This document shows, in pieces, positions 29,092 to 38,526 of a stretch of DNA of 64,000 nt; within the stretch, counting starts at the first letter, position 1, and each line of letters opens with the position of its first letter. The notes below the pieces were generated by a model that ran no database searches, was not told where the DNA came from, and saw only the letters and a list, made by a program, of their open reading frames with translations. This stretch comes from a virus. The stretch lies in the IMG/VR virus record IMGVR_UViG_3300014202_001519. One strand, written 5' to 3'. A program made the position numbers and the translations under genes.

Positions 29092-29311
29092 GATGATTCT
29101 CCTTATTGTTTTCAATCACAACTAATTCGTTATTGCCAGCCAATTCCTTAAACTTCTTCTTGGATACTTGGGTCCGCAGTCCAGAATGCTTTTTGCAAAA
29201 AGGATAAGGACGCTTAGAGGTAAAGCGATGGTTAGGACAACCCTGGACCTTGCAAACATCCTTTGCTGGTGCCACAACCCCCGCAGCCGTCTCATTCACT
29301 GTGAATCGCAT
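29078..29311 (-). CDS. small Cys/His hypothetical protein
   Basis: CKVQGCPN...FCKKH. Confidence 0.55.
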   Translation of the reverse strand: MRFTVNETAAGVVAPAKDVCKVQGCPNHRFTSKRPYPFCKKHSGLRTQVSKKKFKELAGNNELVVIENNKENHHAAI

Positions 29312-29313
29312 GG

Positions 29314-29952
29314 TTATACACCTTTCTTAGATTCCACTTCCGCCTGAAACACCTTAGCCTCAGCGCGAGCCGTCTTCACCACGATTGCCGTTGCAACCAC
29401 AAAACCCGCAATAATCGACAACGCAACCAGAGCAATGACATATACCATCAATTTGCTACTTGGTGAATCGTCGTCATCATCACTCTTACTGCCGCCCAAA
29501 CCAGAGAAGAACTTACCTACATTCTCAAACGCAGGACCGATAGACGTAAACACCTGATAAGTGTTATGAATCTGTGCGAATGTATTCCATCCAGCCACCG
29601 CGAAGGACGTAAAGGTTCGCTCTTTCCATGCTTGGATAAGAGAATCAATCCAGATGAATAGCCCCGACAAACATATGGTAGGAGCAAGCACAATATAGCC
29701 CAAGTTCATTGTGGCTAACAGTGCCTTATCATCAAATCCGAACCAATGATTAACGTATGAAAGCAGAGCGAGCGGTAGCAGAAAGCACCAGCTAAAGCCG
29801 CACACACTCATGATGTAGCCACACCATGTAACTAGGCGTGCCCACCCACCCATTTGCTTCGTATAGACCCACATCTTCCCAACCGCATAAGCATTCCAGG
29901 CAGAAATGCCAAGATTGAGAATCCACACAAAAGCAATCAACATATATTCCAT
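29314..29952 (-). CDS. multi-pass membrane protein
   Basis: 4-5 hydrophobic helices. Confidence 0.7.
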   Translation of the reverse strand: MEYMLIAFVWILNLGISAWNAYAVGKMWVYTKQMGGWARLVTWCGYIMSVCGFSWCFLLPLALLSYVNHWFGFDDKALLATMNLGYIVLAPTICLSGLFIWIDSLIQAWKERTFTSFAVAGWNTFAQIHNTYQVFTSIGPAFENVGKFFSGLGGSKSDDDDDSPSSKLMVYVIALVALSIIAGFVVATAIVVKTARAEAKVFQAEVESKKGV

Positions 29953-30488
29953 TATTCTTTACCCTTCGTAAAGCTGTGAACTACTACGGTTCCATCACCA
30001 TGTTCAATTACTTGTTCGGTTTCAGATTGCTTCCCTTTTTCAATCTGGTCAATTATTGGCCCAAGGATTTTCTTGCCCGCTTCCATTGCGTTGCGAGTTG
30101 CTTCGTTATCAACACCCTTCCCCATATTTTCGATAAGTTCCCTATATCGCTGCATGAGTGGGGTATTGTCACCCATCCCAGCGATTTCCTTGACGACATA
30201 GGCCAATTCTGCTGGCACCGTAAATTCCCAAACCCCATAGGTTTCATCCGTGCTTTCGGGAATATACTTGACGAAATTTGGATGTTGCTTAATCGCCTGA
30301 TTAAACTCATTTCCTTCTGGATAATTCCGATGGAGCATGAAGATGCGATCACCCGCATCATTTGTATAAACGTCGCGGAATCGTCCTAGCCAAGCGTTTT
30401 GCGGCGAACCCTGGACGAAGCCCAAGACGCCCATCAGATATGGGCCAAGAGGATTACGTCCCATCAACATGTTATAAAGACCCGACAT
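29952..30488 (-). CDS. hypothetical protein
   Basis: GLYNMLMG.N...GRFRDVY...HPNF. Confidence 0.65.
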   Translation of the reverse strand: MSGLYNMLMGRNPLGPYLMGVLGFVQGSPQNAWLGRFRDVYTNDAGDRIFMLHRNYPEGNEFNQAIKQHPNFVKYIPESTDETYGVWEFTVPAELAYVVKEIAGMGDNTPLMQRYRELIENMGKGVDNEATRNAMEAGKKILGPIIDQIEKGKQSETEQVIEHGDGTVVVHSFTKGKE

Positions 30489-30522
30489 GATTATCCCTTT
30501 ACCTGTTTCAACGCTTCATCCA

Positions 30523-30996
30523 TTATGAACAGTAGCTAACATAGCCGAATTTTGCTTCTACTTCAAACCACTGCTCTAAGTATTCAATCTCTTCCTTGAA
30601 CAGCTTTTTGAATTTCTTGATAGTGCCAGGAACATCCATTTCATCAAATGGCACTTCTTCCTCGTCACCGTCGATTCGTGGAATATCTAATTCCTCATAA
30701 TAACTATTAGGAATATAGATATATGTCTTTTTGCCGTTGATCGTCTCAGGGTCGCTCATAAACGATGTAGAAGTAAGGTAATCGTGAAAATCACCTTTCT
30801 TATAATCGGATTGCCAATCGTCAGGAGCATTGTCCCCTTCGGTCTTATAGATACGATCTTTTTTGCTTTTACCGCATTTAGGACAGTAAGCGGCATCACC
30901 ACGGTCATGTTTTGCACAGTAATCAATCTCTATCTTCTTCATTGTAGCCGTTACACGGAGGTACGGCCCGATATAAGCATTATGATCCACACCCAT
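30523..30996 (-). CDS. hypothetical protein (Zn ribbon)
   Basis: YCPKCG. Confidence 0.6.
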   Translation of the reverse strand: MGVDHNAYIGPYLRVTATMKKIEIDYCAKHDRGDAAYCPKCGKSKKDRIYKTEGDNAPDDWQSDYKKGDFHDYLTSTSFMSDPETINGKKTYIYIPNSYYEELDIPRIDGDEEEVPFDEMDVPGTIKKFKKLFKEEIEYLEQWFEVEAKFGYVSYCS

Positions 30997-31225
30997 TGTA
31001 TATGTCCTTATCGAATTGCTTCACCTTCTTATACTCTTCCACGGTGACTGGAATCCAGTCTGTGAAATCAAATTCACTGAAACGAGCATCGTCTACGACA
31101 CGCCTCGTTTCAGTTTCATCAAGAACAATTACGCGGTCGCACCAGCGGTAATGGCGCTCCACAAAGAGATTTTTATTCTCTTTGTGTCGCCATACCGCCA
31201 TGCCCCACTCGTTTAACTCGATCAT
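30980..31225 (-). CDS. hypothetical protein
   Basis: ATGA overlap with PncA stop. Confidence 0.55.
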   Translation of the reverse strand: MIELNEWGMAVWRHKENKNLFVERHYRWCDRVIVLDETETRRVVDDARFSEFDFTDWIPVTVEEYKKVKQFDKDIYNGCGS

Positions 31226-32022
31226 ACAAGGAAATCCTTGCAGGTTGTCGTCTGCATACCGCGAGCCTTCATTTCCTTAACGAACTGCTCGCCGTAATTC
31301 TCGAAACCAGTTACGTCACTGGTGGCGTCTTCCAGCAGGACCAGCTTCTTAACGAGGCTATCATCGCTGAAATAGTTACAGGCATCACGGCCCGTATTAG
31401 CCAGACAGTGCGAACGAGCTTCACCAGCCAGCAGAACGATATCAGCTTCATTGATCGTATTCAAGAAGCTGACATTCATCTGCGTGCTAGGATCATTCGG
31501 GTCAGGCACGTCAGCCACAATAGCGGAATAGTGTTCAGTGAGAATGTTGCTGCCCTTCGTCACGAAATCAATCGCGGCGAAAGTCTTGCACCAGTCCATC
31601 AGGGCTTCATTCAGGACAGGATAAACGGTCTGGCCAACCGTGCCGATCAAGCAGTGCGGTGGCCAAATGCACAGCGGATAGCGTGCATTCTTTTCGAGCG
31701 TTTCCACATATTCCTTGGCACGCTTGAAGAGACTTGGCTTGGTTGTAGTCCAAGTACCATCCCGAACGTCTTGTGCCGTGATGATTGTGAAGGGATTCGG
31801 ATTGCTCCCCGCAGAGTTTTTCCAGAAAACAGGGTGAGCAATGTGAATGAGGTGGTGAGAGTCAAGTGTGACGTGAATATCGTCAAGCTTTCGACCCAAC
31901 CGCTTGACCATTGCGGCCAGTCGCTCCATATCCTTGTCAGCACCCTTTACATAAAGGTTGCCCTTGGGATCACAAAAGTCTACCTGTGGGTCAATTACAA
32001 CCAGATGGATTTTCTTCGGCAT
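31222..32022 (-). CDS. pncA: nicotinamidase/isochorismatase-family hydrolase
   Basis: VIDPQVDFC, GNLYV.GA, TLDSH, WPPHC, KG, EHYS, AGEARSHC. Confidence 0.8.
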   Translation of the reverse strand: MPKKIHLVVIDPQVDFCDPKGNLYVKGADKDMERLAAMVKRLGRKLDDIHVTLDSHHLIHIAHPVFWKNSAGSNPNPFTIITAQDVRDGTWTTTKPSLFKRAKEYVETLEKNARYPLCIWPPHCLIGTVGQTVYPVLNEALMDWCKTFAAIDFVTKGSNILTEHYSAIVADVPDPNDPSTQMNVSFLNTINEADIVLLAGEARSHCLANTGRDACNYFSDDSLVKKLVLLEDATSDVTGFENYGEQFVKEMKARGMQTTTCKDFLV

Positions 32023-32060
32023 GGTTCACCTTCCTTTTGGAGATGTGGTTCACTACCAAT

Positions 32061-32088
32061 ATCATACTACGACAACACCTAAAGTCAA
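32061..32088 (-). promoter_or_regulatory. sigma70-type promoter TTGACT-N16-TATGAT
   Basis: Upstream of pncA. Confidence 0.65.
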
Positions 32089-32336
32089 AGCGATTCTTCA
32101 TCGCCCTTTAGGTTTCGCACACAATTTATACAAATTGGGATAAGCACCTCTTCTAATTCATCCCCCGCCGCAAATCGCTCGGCGCATTCTTCACAGAGAA
32201 AGTCATTTTCCACTTCTCTGCCGTCTTGCACATCCATTGATACCCAAAGCTGATTGGGCTTATCAATCAAATGGGTGCAAAGGAAGGAATAAGGAGCCAA
32301 ACTATGGTCGCCACATTCAATAACTAAAGGAATCAT
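32085..32336 (-). CDS. small Cys-rich hypothetical protein
   Basis: CGDH...CTHL...CEEC...CINC. Confidence 0.6.
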   Translation of the reverse strand: MIPLVIECGDHSLAPYSFLCTHLIDKPNQLWVSMDVQDGREVENDFLCEECAERFAAGDELEEVLIPICINCVRNLKGDEESL

Positions 32337-33217
32337 ATGATTTTCTCCAATGCGTTTTCAATCATGTCTTTTCGACTAAGCTTATCTTTCCATCGCTGCG
32401 GAATGCCAGACTCTCCCCAACATGCCCCAGCTAATTGCCCACAGACAGCACCCGTGCTGTCAGCATCATCCCCTAAATTAACCGCCCTTAATACCGCCTC
32501 CTCAAAGTCCTTAGCACCAGCAAATGCCCACAAAGCAGCTTCCAAGCTCTGAACAACCCAGCCAGACCCAATAATTTCTGGTGGGTTACGATGCAAATAT
32601 CGCTTTTCATCTACCATCCATTGCTGGATGCAAGGATGCAAGTCCTTAAAAGGTAGAGCTAACGCTTCTTCTTTCGTTGCTCCATTTATAAGAGCAGCAA
32701 CCGTTGTAGCCAGGAACTCACACGCACTTAAACACTGCTCGCTGGCGTGCGTCACCATGCTAGATTCCCTAGCCTTAATCCTTAACTCTTCCCGACTCAA
32801 ATTATGATACTTGATGGGAATAGGAGCCAACCGCATGATTGACCCATTCCCACTGTTCTCTACCTGTTTGTCGGCACAATTATAAGCATCCCTGGTTTCG
32901 TCGTAACGCATTAGCGAATAACGAGTTGTGCCACCAATATCAAAACACATGCCATTGACTGAATACTTACCTTTCTGCCACCAGTCAAGGTACTTGTCGG
33001 CTTGATCGTTCAAATCCCAACCATTGCCAAGGCTATCAGCTAGGGCAAGAGCCATGCTTGTGTCATCGGTCCAATCTCCAGCATTGAGTCTGAATGGACC
33101 ACCGCTGCGAAACTCTGATACTGGTGCAAACTCTCCTGGCATTTTAAATTCAATGGGCGCACCAAGGGCATCCCCTACCGCTGCACCATATAGACAACCC
33201 CGCTTTTTGTCCATCAT
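32333..33217 (-). CDS. ADP-ribosylglycohydrolase (DraG/ARH family)
   Basis: GAAVGDALG, WTDDT, GNGSIMR, TH, GDDADSTGAVCGQLAGA. Confidence 0.92.
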   Translation of the reverse strand: MMDKKRGCLYGAAVGDALGAPIEFKMPGEFAPVSEFRSGGPFRLNAGDWTDDTSMALALADSLGNGWDLNDQADKYLDWWQKGKYSVNGMCFDIGGTTRYSLMRYDETRDAYNCADKQVENSGNGSIMRLAPIPIKYHNLSREELRIKARESSMVTHASEQCLSACEFLATTVAALINGATKEEALALPFKDLHPCIQQWMVDEKRYLHRNPPEIIGSGWVVQSLEAALWAFAGAKDFEEAVLRAVNLGDDADSTGAVCGQLAGACWGESGIPQRWKDKLSRKDMIENALEKII

Positions 33218-34536
33218 AGCCCTAGTTCCTTTTTAACAGACTCAATCTTATCGTTATCGCCAGTATGCTTGCCCTTATCATCCGACAGCTTAACCACCGT
33301 CTTCAAGCCGCTGCCGAAGTCAATGGCGACGAGTTTGATGACCATATTAAGCGGTTTATGGCCGCAGTCATTCGTAAGATGAGTGCCAATACCCATGACA
33401 CACGGAATTTCCTTCCCAAAACGAGCCTGCAAACAACAAGCCTTATCCGTATCCAAGCTATCGCTGAATACGATTCGCTTTTCCTGTGGATTGATGTTGT
33501 TCTTCTTATAGTGTTCCAGCAGGTTCATGCCGAAGATGATAGGTGGGCCACTGTCCTGCCGTACCGCCGTATACTTATTGAGCATATCGCCAGTATACGT
33601 CCGCAGGAACACTTCCGTAGTAAGAGTGTCAGTCAGTGCCGTAAGCAGATGTGGATGCTCTTTGTATTCTTCCCACCAATGTTCCATCCATTTGACGTTG
33701 GATTCGGTAGCATTGTATTTAGCCTGCATCGCCATGACAGCTTCATGGGCATAAGTGCCAATCGGCTTTAGATTATACTTCATAGCGAAATATGGATTGC
33801 TTGTGCCGAGGAATCCAGGCTGAAAGTCATACATGGTTGCATTAACAATTTCCTGACTTGCCTTGGAGAATCGACGCCGCGTACCAAAATCACTCCATTT
33901 AACATTGGCGTTAAGCATCTTGCTTGCTTTCGCAGCGGTGTTGTTGATAAACTCGACATTATCGAAGGTTTTACCAGTCATCTTGAAATACAATTCACTG
34001 ATAAGTGCCATGAGTGGAACTTCCCAAAGGATAGTTTCGACCCATAGACCTTCAATGGTGATTTCGAGCGTGCCACCTTCCTGTTCAATTAGAACCTGAT
34101 TTGGATTAAAGCGGTAGTTTTCAAGGAAGTTGAGGTAATCGTTTTTGAGAACTACCTGATCGCTGAGCCACATAAGCTCAGCATCATTGAGACGAACCTT
34201 GCTTAGATATTTTAATTCTTTCTGGAGAGCTTCTTTGAATCCAGATGGAAATTCAGTCTTACCACGGTTGTAGAAACGATAAACCGCATTGGCAGTAGGA
34301 AACTGATGGAACACAACCTGTCCCATTGTCAGCTTATACCAATCAGTGTCGAGCAGACTTGTGATGATAGGGATGTGACGATAGCGTAAATAGAGGAAGA
34401 GTCCAGCCGCTGTGAGTAAATTAACGCCAATCCAAACGAACATTGCCTTAATGCCAAATAACAATGCTGTTGCCAGAGTAATAAGGCAAAACGTGATATT
34501 AGGACCACTATGGATTTCAACTTTGTTTGGCATCAC
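33214..34536 (-). CDS. pncB: nicotinate phosphoribosyltransferase with N-terminal hydrophobic extension
   Basis: SLLDTDWYKLTM, DFGTRRRFS, GTSN, PIGTYAHE, LTDT, RQDSG, FSDSL, GIGTHLTND, KLSDDKGK. Confidence 0.92.
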   Translation of the reverse strand: MMPNKVEIHSGPNITFCLITLATALLFGIKAMFVWIGVNLLTAAGLFLYLRYRHIPIITSLLDTDWYKLTMGQVVFHQFPTANAVYRFYNRGKTEFPSGFKEALQKELKYLSKVRLNDAELMWLSDQVVLKNDYLNFLENYRFNPNQVLIEQEGGTLEITIEGLWVETILWEVPLMALISELYFKMTGKTFDNVEFINNTAAKASKMLNANVKWSDFGTRRRFSKASQEIVNATMYDFQPGFLGTSNPYFAMKYNLKPIGTYAHEAVMAMQAKYNATESNVKWMEHWWEEYKEHPHLLTALTDTLTTEVFLRTYTGDMLNKYTAVRQDSGPPIIFGMNLLEHYKKNNINPQEKRIVFSDSLDTDKACCLQARFGKEIPCVMGIGTHLTNDCGHKPLNMVIKLVAIDFGSGLKTVVKLSDDKGKHTGDNDKIESVKKELGL

Positions 34537-34894
34537 ATGGCACCTCTAATGGCTTAGTCGCAGGGCAAGTGGGGCACTTGCCGTCTTCTTGCCATTTATT
34601 GTTGCAGTTTTTACAAACGTCTGTATATTGACGGGGTTCTAATAAAGAGTCCAAATTCCTGCACCGTTCCCACAGTTTCGATGCTTCCAGACTGACAATT
34701 CTAGCCTGGCGTTCCACCAGGCTGAATTTGTCGAAGACAAAGAAATCTGGATTCTCAGCCAAGATTAATGCAAGAACGTCGCCAAGCTCTTGCGTCTTAT
34801 GCTGAATACCCGCCGCGATGTTGTTCAAGAATCGTAGCTTGATGAAGTCTGGACTGCTATACCACTCTTCTCTAGTCATTAGTTTCTTTGCCAT
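34517..34894 (-). CDS. hypothetical protein
   Basis: GAGGTG SD; C-terminal CKNC..CPTC. Confidence 0.6.
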   Translation of the reverse strand: MAKKLMTREEWYSSPDFIKLRFLNNIAAGIQHKTQELGDVLALILAENPDFFVFDKFSLVERQARIVSLEASKLWERCRNLDSLLEPRQYTDVCKNCNNKWQEDGKCPTCPATKPLEVPCDAKQS

Positions 34895-34905
34895 CGCACA
34901 CCTCT

Positions 34906-34921
34906 TGGTACAATTGCAATT
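34906..34921 (-). promoter_or_regulatory. recurrent motif AATTGCAATTGTACCA (copy 4)
   Basis: Abuts SD of 34894 gene, at the head of the pncB-ARH run. Confidence 0.6.
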
Positions 34922-35525
34922 ACTTCTTCTTAGCTAAATTACGCTTGACCTCTGATACAATCTCACTAACAACATCCTTGGACTTGGCTACATCCCACCA
35001 GTCTTTAGCTGCTTCATAGCTCTTATCATTGGGGTACGGCACATAGACCACCATACAATTATTGAACATTAACCCGCACTTATCCTCACCCTTTACAAAG
35101 TCAGGTGGGACAGAGGTAAAAATTGGATGCAGGTTAATTTGTTTTTGTGGTCTACTAGCCTGGAAGATCGCTATATCTAGCAGGTATTCTTCGTGAAGTA
35201 ATACGGCAAGGTGCCCTGCCCATTGGCCAGGGTTGCTAGGCTCTTTTCTATCACCCATTACAACTTGCCATGCGCCTTCGGTAAGCCACTGCTGAGCCTC
35301 TTCATCGCTTTGTGGCGTGCGACCTTTCCTGACATATACTTCGTTGAATATATTAGCTTCGACAACAAAAGGTCTTACATCTTTGAAGTGAAGTTTCTTG
35401 AGGACTTCTGTAACAACTCTCGCCGCTGCAATACAGCAAGTATCTTTATACTTGCGCATGATAGCATTAGGAGCTACCCTGGCGACAATTTCTAACATTT
35501 TGATTTGATGTTCTGATAAACTCAT
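34920..35525 (-). CDS. hypothetical protein, possible transglutaminase/papain-like Cys-His-Asp fold
   Basis: CCIAAARV...AGHLAV...LLDIA..QA. Confidence 0.55.
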   Translation of the reverse strand: MSLSEHQIKMLEIVARVAPNAIMRKYKDTCCIAAARVVTEVLKKLHFKDVRPFVVEANIFNEVYVRKGRTPQSDEEAQQWLTEGAWQVVMGDRKEPSNPGQWAGHLAVLLHEEYLLDIAIFQASRPQKQINLHPIFTSVPPDFVKGEDKCGLMFNNCMVVYVPYPNDKSYEAAKDWWDVAKSKDVVSEIVSEVKRNLAKKK

Positions 35526-35526
35526 T

Positions 35527-36608
35527 TTATACTCCATCTTGTAGCCATTTGGCATATTTGTATAATTGTTCTATTGCTTCCTTTTCAGTGAGGTAAGGAC
35601 CACCACCAAAATTCTCGGTTTCATCCGTGAAATACCAACCACCTTCCATTGATTTACCTTCACATAGAAATCCAGGCGGAACATACCATACACACTTTTC
35701 ATGCTTTGATTGTATCATGAGGACACCCACAATTAGAACATTTTTCTATATCAACACCTTTGTTGAAATGGTCGCAAAACCAGCAAATGAAACCGATTTC
35801 CCAACCGCATTCCCAACAAATCCATTCTAATGCTTTTTCTACACTAATGCCACAGTTAGGGCAAGTTTTCTGCATTTTTTATTTCCGAAATAATGAAATC
35901 AGCCAGCTTTGGCTTGCTGGCTTCCCTATCAACAGCATGAGAGTGGCAGTCAACGCGGCAATCGTGGCACTTACACCACTCCCAATCGTCAAAATCTGCT
36001 ATAATCTCACGAAGTTTTTCTTCGGTAAGGTACATGAATACACGCACATACTTTCTTGCCAAGACACACATCCGTTAAAGGTGTTGTCTTATTGCATTTG
36101 GAACATCTATCAGAATAGGTATTCAATCCACAAATCGTGCATTCCTTGTATCCGCCATAGCCAATACCAGTATCATACATCTTCCAAACATGCTGGTTTG
36201 GACGAGTGTTGATAACTTCTGGCGTAATACTAAACCATTTCTTAACGTATTCAGCACCTGTATCATAGGTGGCGTCAAACGTAAAAGATAAAGGCGGTTG
36301 ACTCGGTAGGTAGTCTGGAACAAACGGACAAGGTAATACCGTCTCCAAGATTACCTTGTCTGGTCCGCTTGTCAATAGCACAGTTGCCTTAGTGAATTTC
36401 ATATGATCGGAGCATCCCATAGGTCGTCAAACTCCTCTTTGGAAATTTCCTCAAAGACTACTTCTTCTTCGTAATCTTTATCAAAACCACAGTTTTCCAC
36501 TATTTGGTCATCTGGTATAGAGCATTCGCCAATATAGGCGTCTCGTTTCACTGATTTCACTCGATAATACTTGAACATTAAATCCATCCTTCGGGCCATT
36601 CTTCCCAC
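35527..36608 (-). other. run of about 5 small hypothetical ORFs (35527-35730, ~35698-35874 double Zn ribbon, 35856-36071, 36007-36420, 36399-36608)
   Basis: Overlapping short minus-strand ORFs, several with CxxC pairs. Confidence 0.5.
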
Positions 36609-37291
36609 GTCCTACCATCCAAGACATTATCCTGTCCTGGCAAGAACGCGGAACCCTGTTTATAGAAGAATGCTACCTTTTCTGCAATACATAAATCCCT
36701 GGCTTCTCTGGCCCAATCCAAGTCCATTGTCCTGAACCCTGGACCCGACTCACCACCAGCAATTAACCAGTGAATGTCCTTCAAGGACAAGCCTTTGATA
36801 GATGCTAACAAAGGCTCCGCAGAAATGAAACGCCAACGTGCAGGAACTAACCTCAAATCGTCGGCACGGCCATTATAGGCTGCACTTTCAATACTGACGC
36901 CCAAGGCTACGTTATCGTAGCCTGTGCCCCAATCAGGCGGCAATCTGTCAGGGATTAACTTAGGACGCTTTGTTAAAATCTGATAGATTAAGTTAGGCGT
37001 TTCTTTTATGACTTTCCACGCTTCGGCACGCCATTCGTCGGCAGCTTCAATGAAGAAATCGCTCCAACTACATGTGAAGACCATTTCTTTCTTGTCGGTG
37101 CCTGCCAAGGCTTTCTGCCAACGGCGCGGCTGTCTCCAGGTTTTGGTTCTGGTTACAACGGTTGGGTCTAATTTATAACGATATTGTTCGGTGAACATAT
37201 AGCAATTGGCACACCCTGGAGAGATTTTCTTACAACCTCTCCACGGGTTCCACGTTCTTAATGTCCAGCCAATTCCTGTGAACTCACCCAT
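36578..37291 (-). CDS. DUF5131 (phage Gp37/Gp68-like, radical-SAM-like) protein
   Basis: TWNPWRGCKKISPGCANCY, SDFF, ILTKRP, FISAEPLL, GGESG, FFYKQ. Confidence 0.9.
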   Translation of the reverse strand: MGEFTGIGWTLRTWNPWRGCKKISPGCANCYMFTEQYRYKLDPTVVTRTKTWRQPRRWQKALAGTDKKEMVFTCSWSDFFIEAADEWRAEAWKVIKETPNLIYQILTKRPKLIPDRLPPDWGTGYDNVALGVSIESAAYNGRADDLRLVPARWRFISAEPLLASIKGLSLKDIHWLIAGGESGPGFRTMDLDWAREARDLCIAEKVAFFYKQGSAFLPGQDNVLDGRTWEEWPEGWI

Positions 37292-37663
37292 TGTTTAATA
37301 CCTTCTATTCTCGCTTGTGCTGTTTGAATATCATTCTCATATATTGGAATGACATTCTTTAGATGTTCTTTTAACTTTTGAATTGCCTCGTCTTCAGTCT
37401 CGCCTTCTGCCTTATAAAACTCACGAACAATCCAGATTGTTGCGACCCATTTACCGTCTGTTTGGGGGTATGTTTCCATTTTGCTCACATCCTGCATAGT
37501 GATTGAGCAATTCTAGCAGATTGCCAGGGTGGTCGCCAGGCTTTTTTAGGCTGAACCCTATCTTGCAAATTCGACAAAACAAATGCCACTGGTCGCCCTT
37601 GTCGATGACGTTGTACTTCTCAGACAAGCTAGGATCAATTTGGTTCGCCATTTTTTGCTCCAA
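37258..37663 (-). other. two small hypothetical ORFs (37258-37497, 37451-37663)
   Basis: Packed ORFs downstream of N16 promoter. Confidence 0.5.
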
Positions 37664-37670
37664 AAAAGAA

Positions 37671-37721
37671 AACCTGTAGGGTCACTACAGGTTATTATAC
37701 TACGAAAGTGGCCAATGTAAA
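37671..37721 (-). promoter_or_regulatory. promoter TTTACA-N16-TATAAT (37694-37721) abutting terminator hairpin AACCTGTAG/CTACAGGTT (37671-37693)
   Basis: Perfect -10; 9-bp stem followed by T-tract on minus strand. Confidence 0.65.
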
Positions 37722-37727
37722 ATGGCT

Positions 37728-38519
37728 TTAAGCGATTCCCTTGTAAGGGATGTTATGCATGTTCATTAACTGTTGTAGCTTACGATCAATCCATAATAGC
37801 TGTTGCGCTAAGATGCCTTGCTTTTGTACTACATGCTTATCATATACAGCCTGGAATCTCCTAGCATGTTCTGGTGGTAAATTATTGGCAAGCAACTGGA
37901 CCCAAGTTCTCATCGCGTTAGACATGTTCTGCATATCAGCCTTCATTGCTTCAAAATCTGTGTGCTTAACATTTACGCCTTCAAGGATGGAATGCTCACG
38001 CGGAGCATTTCTCTGAGCCTTATAGTTTGCTAGCTCCATCTTCTTATTGTTTACCCAACCAACCCATCCTCGTAATTTGGCGTAGGATGGTGCTACTTTC
38101 TGTTCATAATTGGTGGCTGCACCTTGGCCAAGACGTGGATTAATTTTCTGGAGTTGCTGAATAACAAACTCCATATAACGGCTAATCATGCCAAGGTAGT
38201 CTGTAATTGCGACTTTAACATTATCCAAATCAGCGGCACGGAACCCAACAGATTGTTTCTGTGGTGCGGCTGTGCCAAAGTTTTGTGGAGTAGGCGTACC
38301 ACCTGATCCGCCTAGCATTGGGCTTACAGGACGACCTCTCTGTGATTGCTGCTGTGGTTGTTCATATCGACCTGGATATGTATTTATGGTGTCCGCGTTA
38401 ACAGGACTCCAATTACCTAACACACGCCCAGCTTGCTTAAACTTGTCACCAACATTGCCGAACCAACTCTTCCAGTCAGCTTCGCTTATATTTTGATCTA
38501 CCCAGCCTTTGAATTTCAT
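37728..38519 (-). CDS. putative internal virion protein
   Basis: TAAATA 4 nt before ATG; N-terminus MKFKGWV...ISEA; Gln-rich. Confidence 0.6.
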   Translation of the reverse strand: MKFKGWVDQNISEADWKSWFGNVGDKFKQAGRVLGNWSPVNADTINTYPGRYEQPQQQSQRGRPVSPMLGGSGGTPTPQNFGTAAPQKQSVGFRAADLDNVKVAITDYLGMISRYMEFVIQQLQKINPRLGQGAATNYEQKVAPSYAKLRGWVGWVNNKKMELANYKAQRNAPREHSILEGVNVKHTDFEAMKADMQNMSNAMRTWVQLLANNLPPEHARRFQAVYDKHVVQKQGILAQQLLWIDRKLQQLMNMHNIPYKGIA

Positions 38520-38526
38520 ACTTTAT

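Noticed and set aside
31408-32082. 224-aa plus-strand ORF (likewise 33265-33771, 6820-7266, 1626-2129)
   Set aside because: Antisense to well-supported genes.
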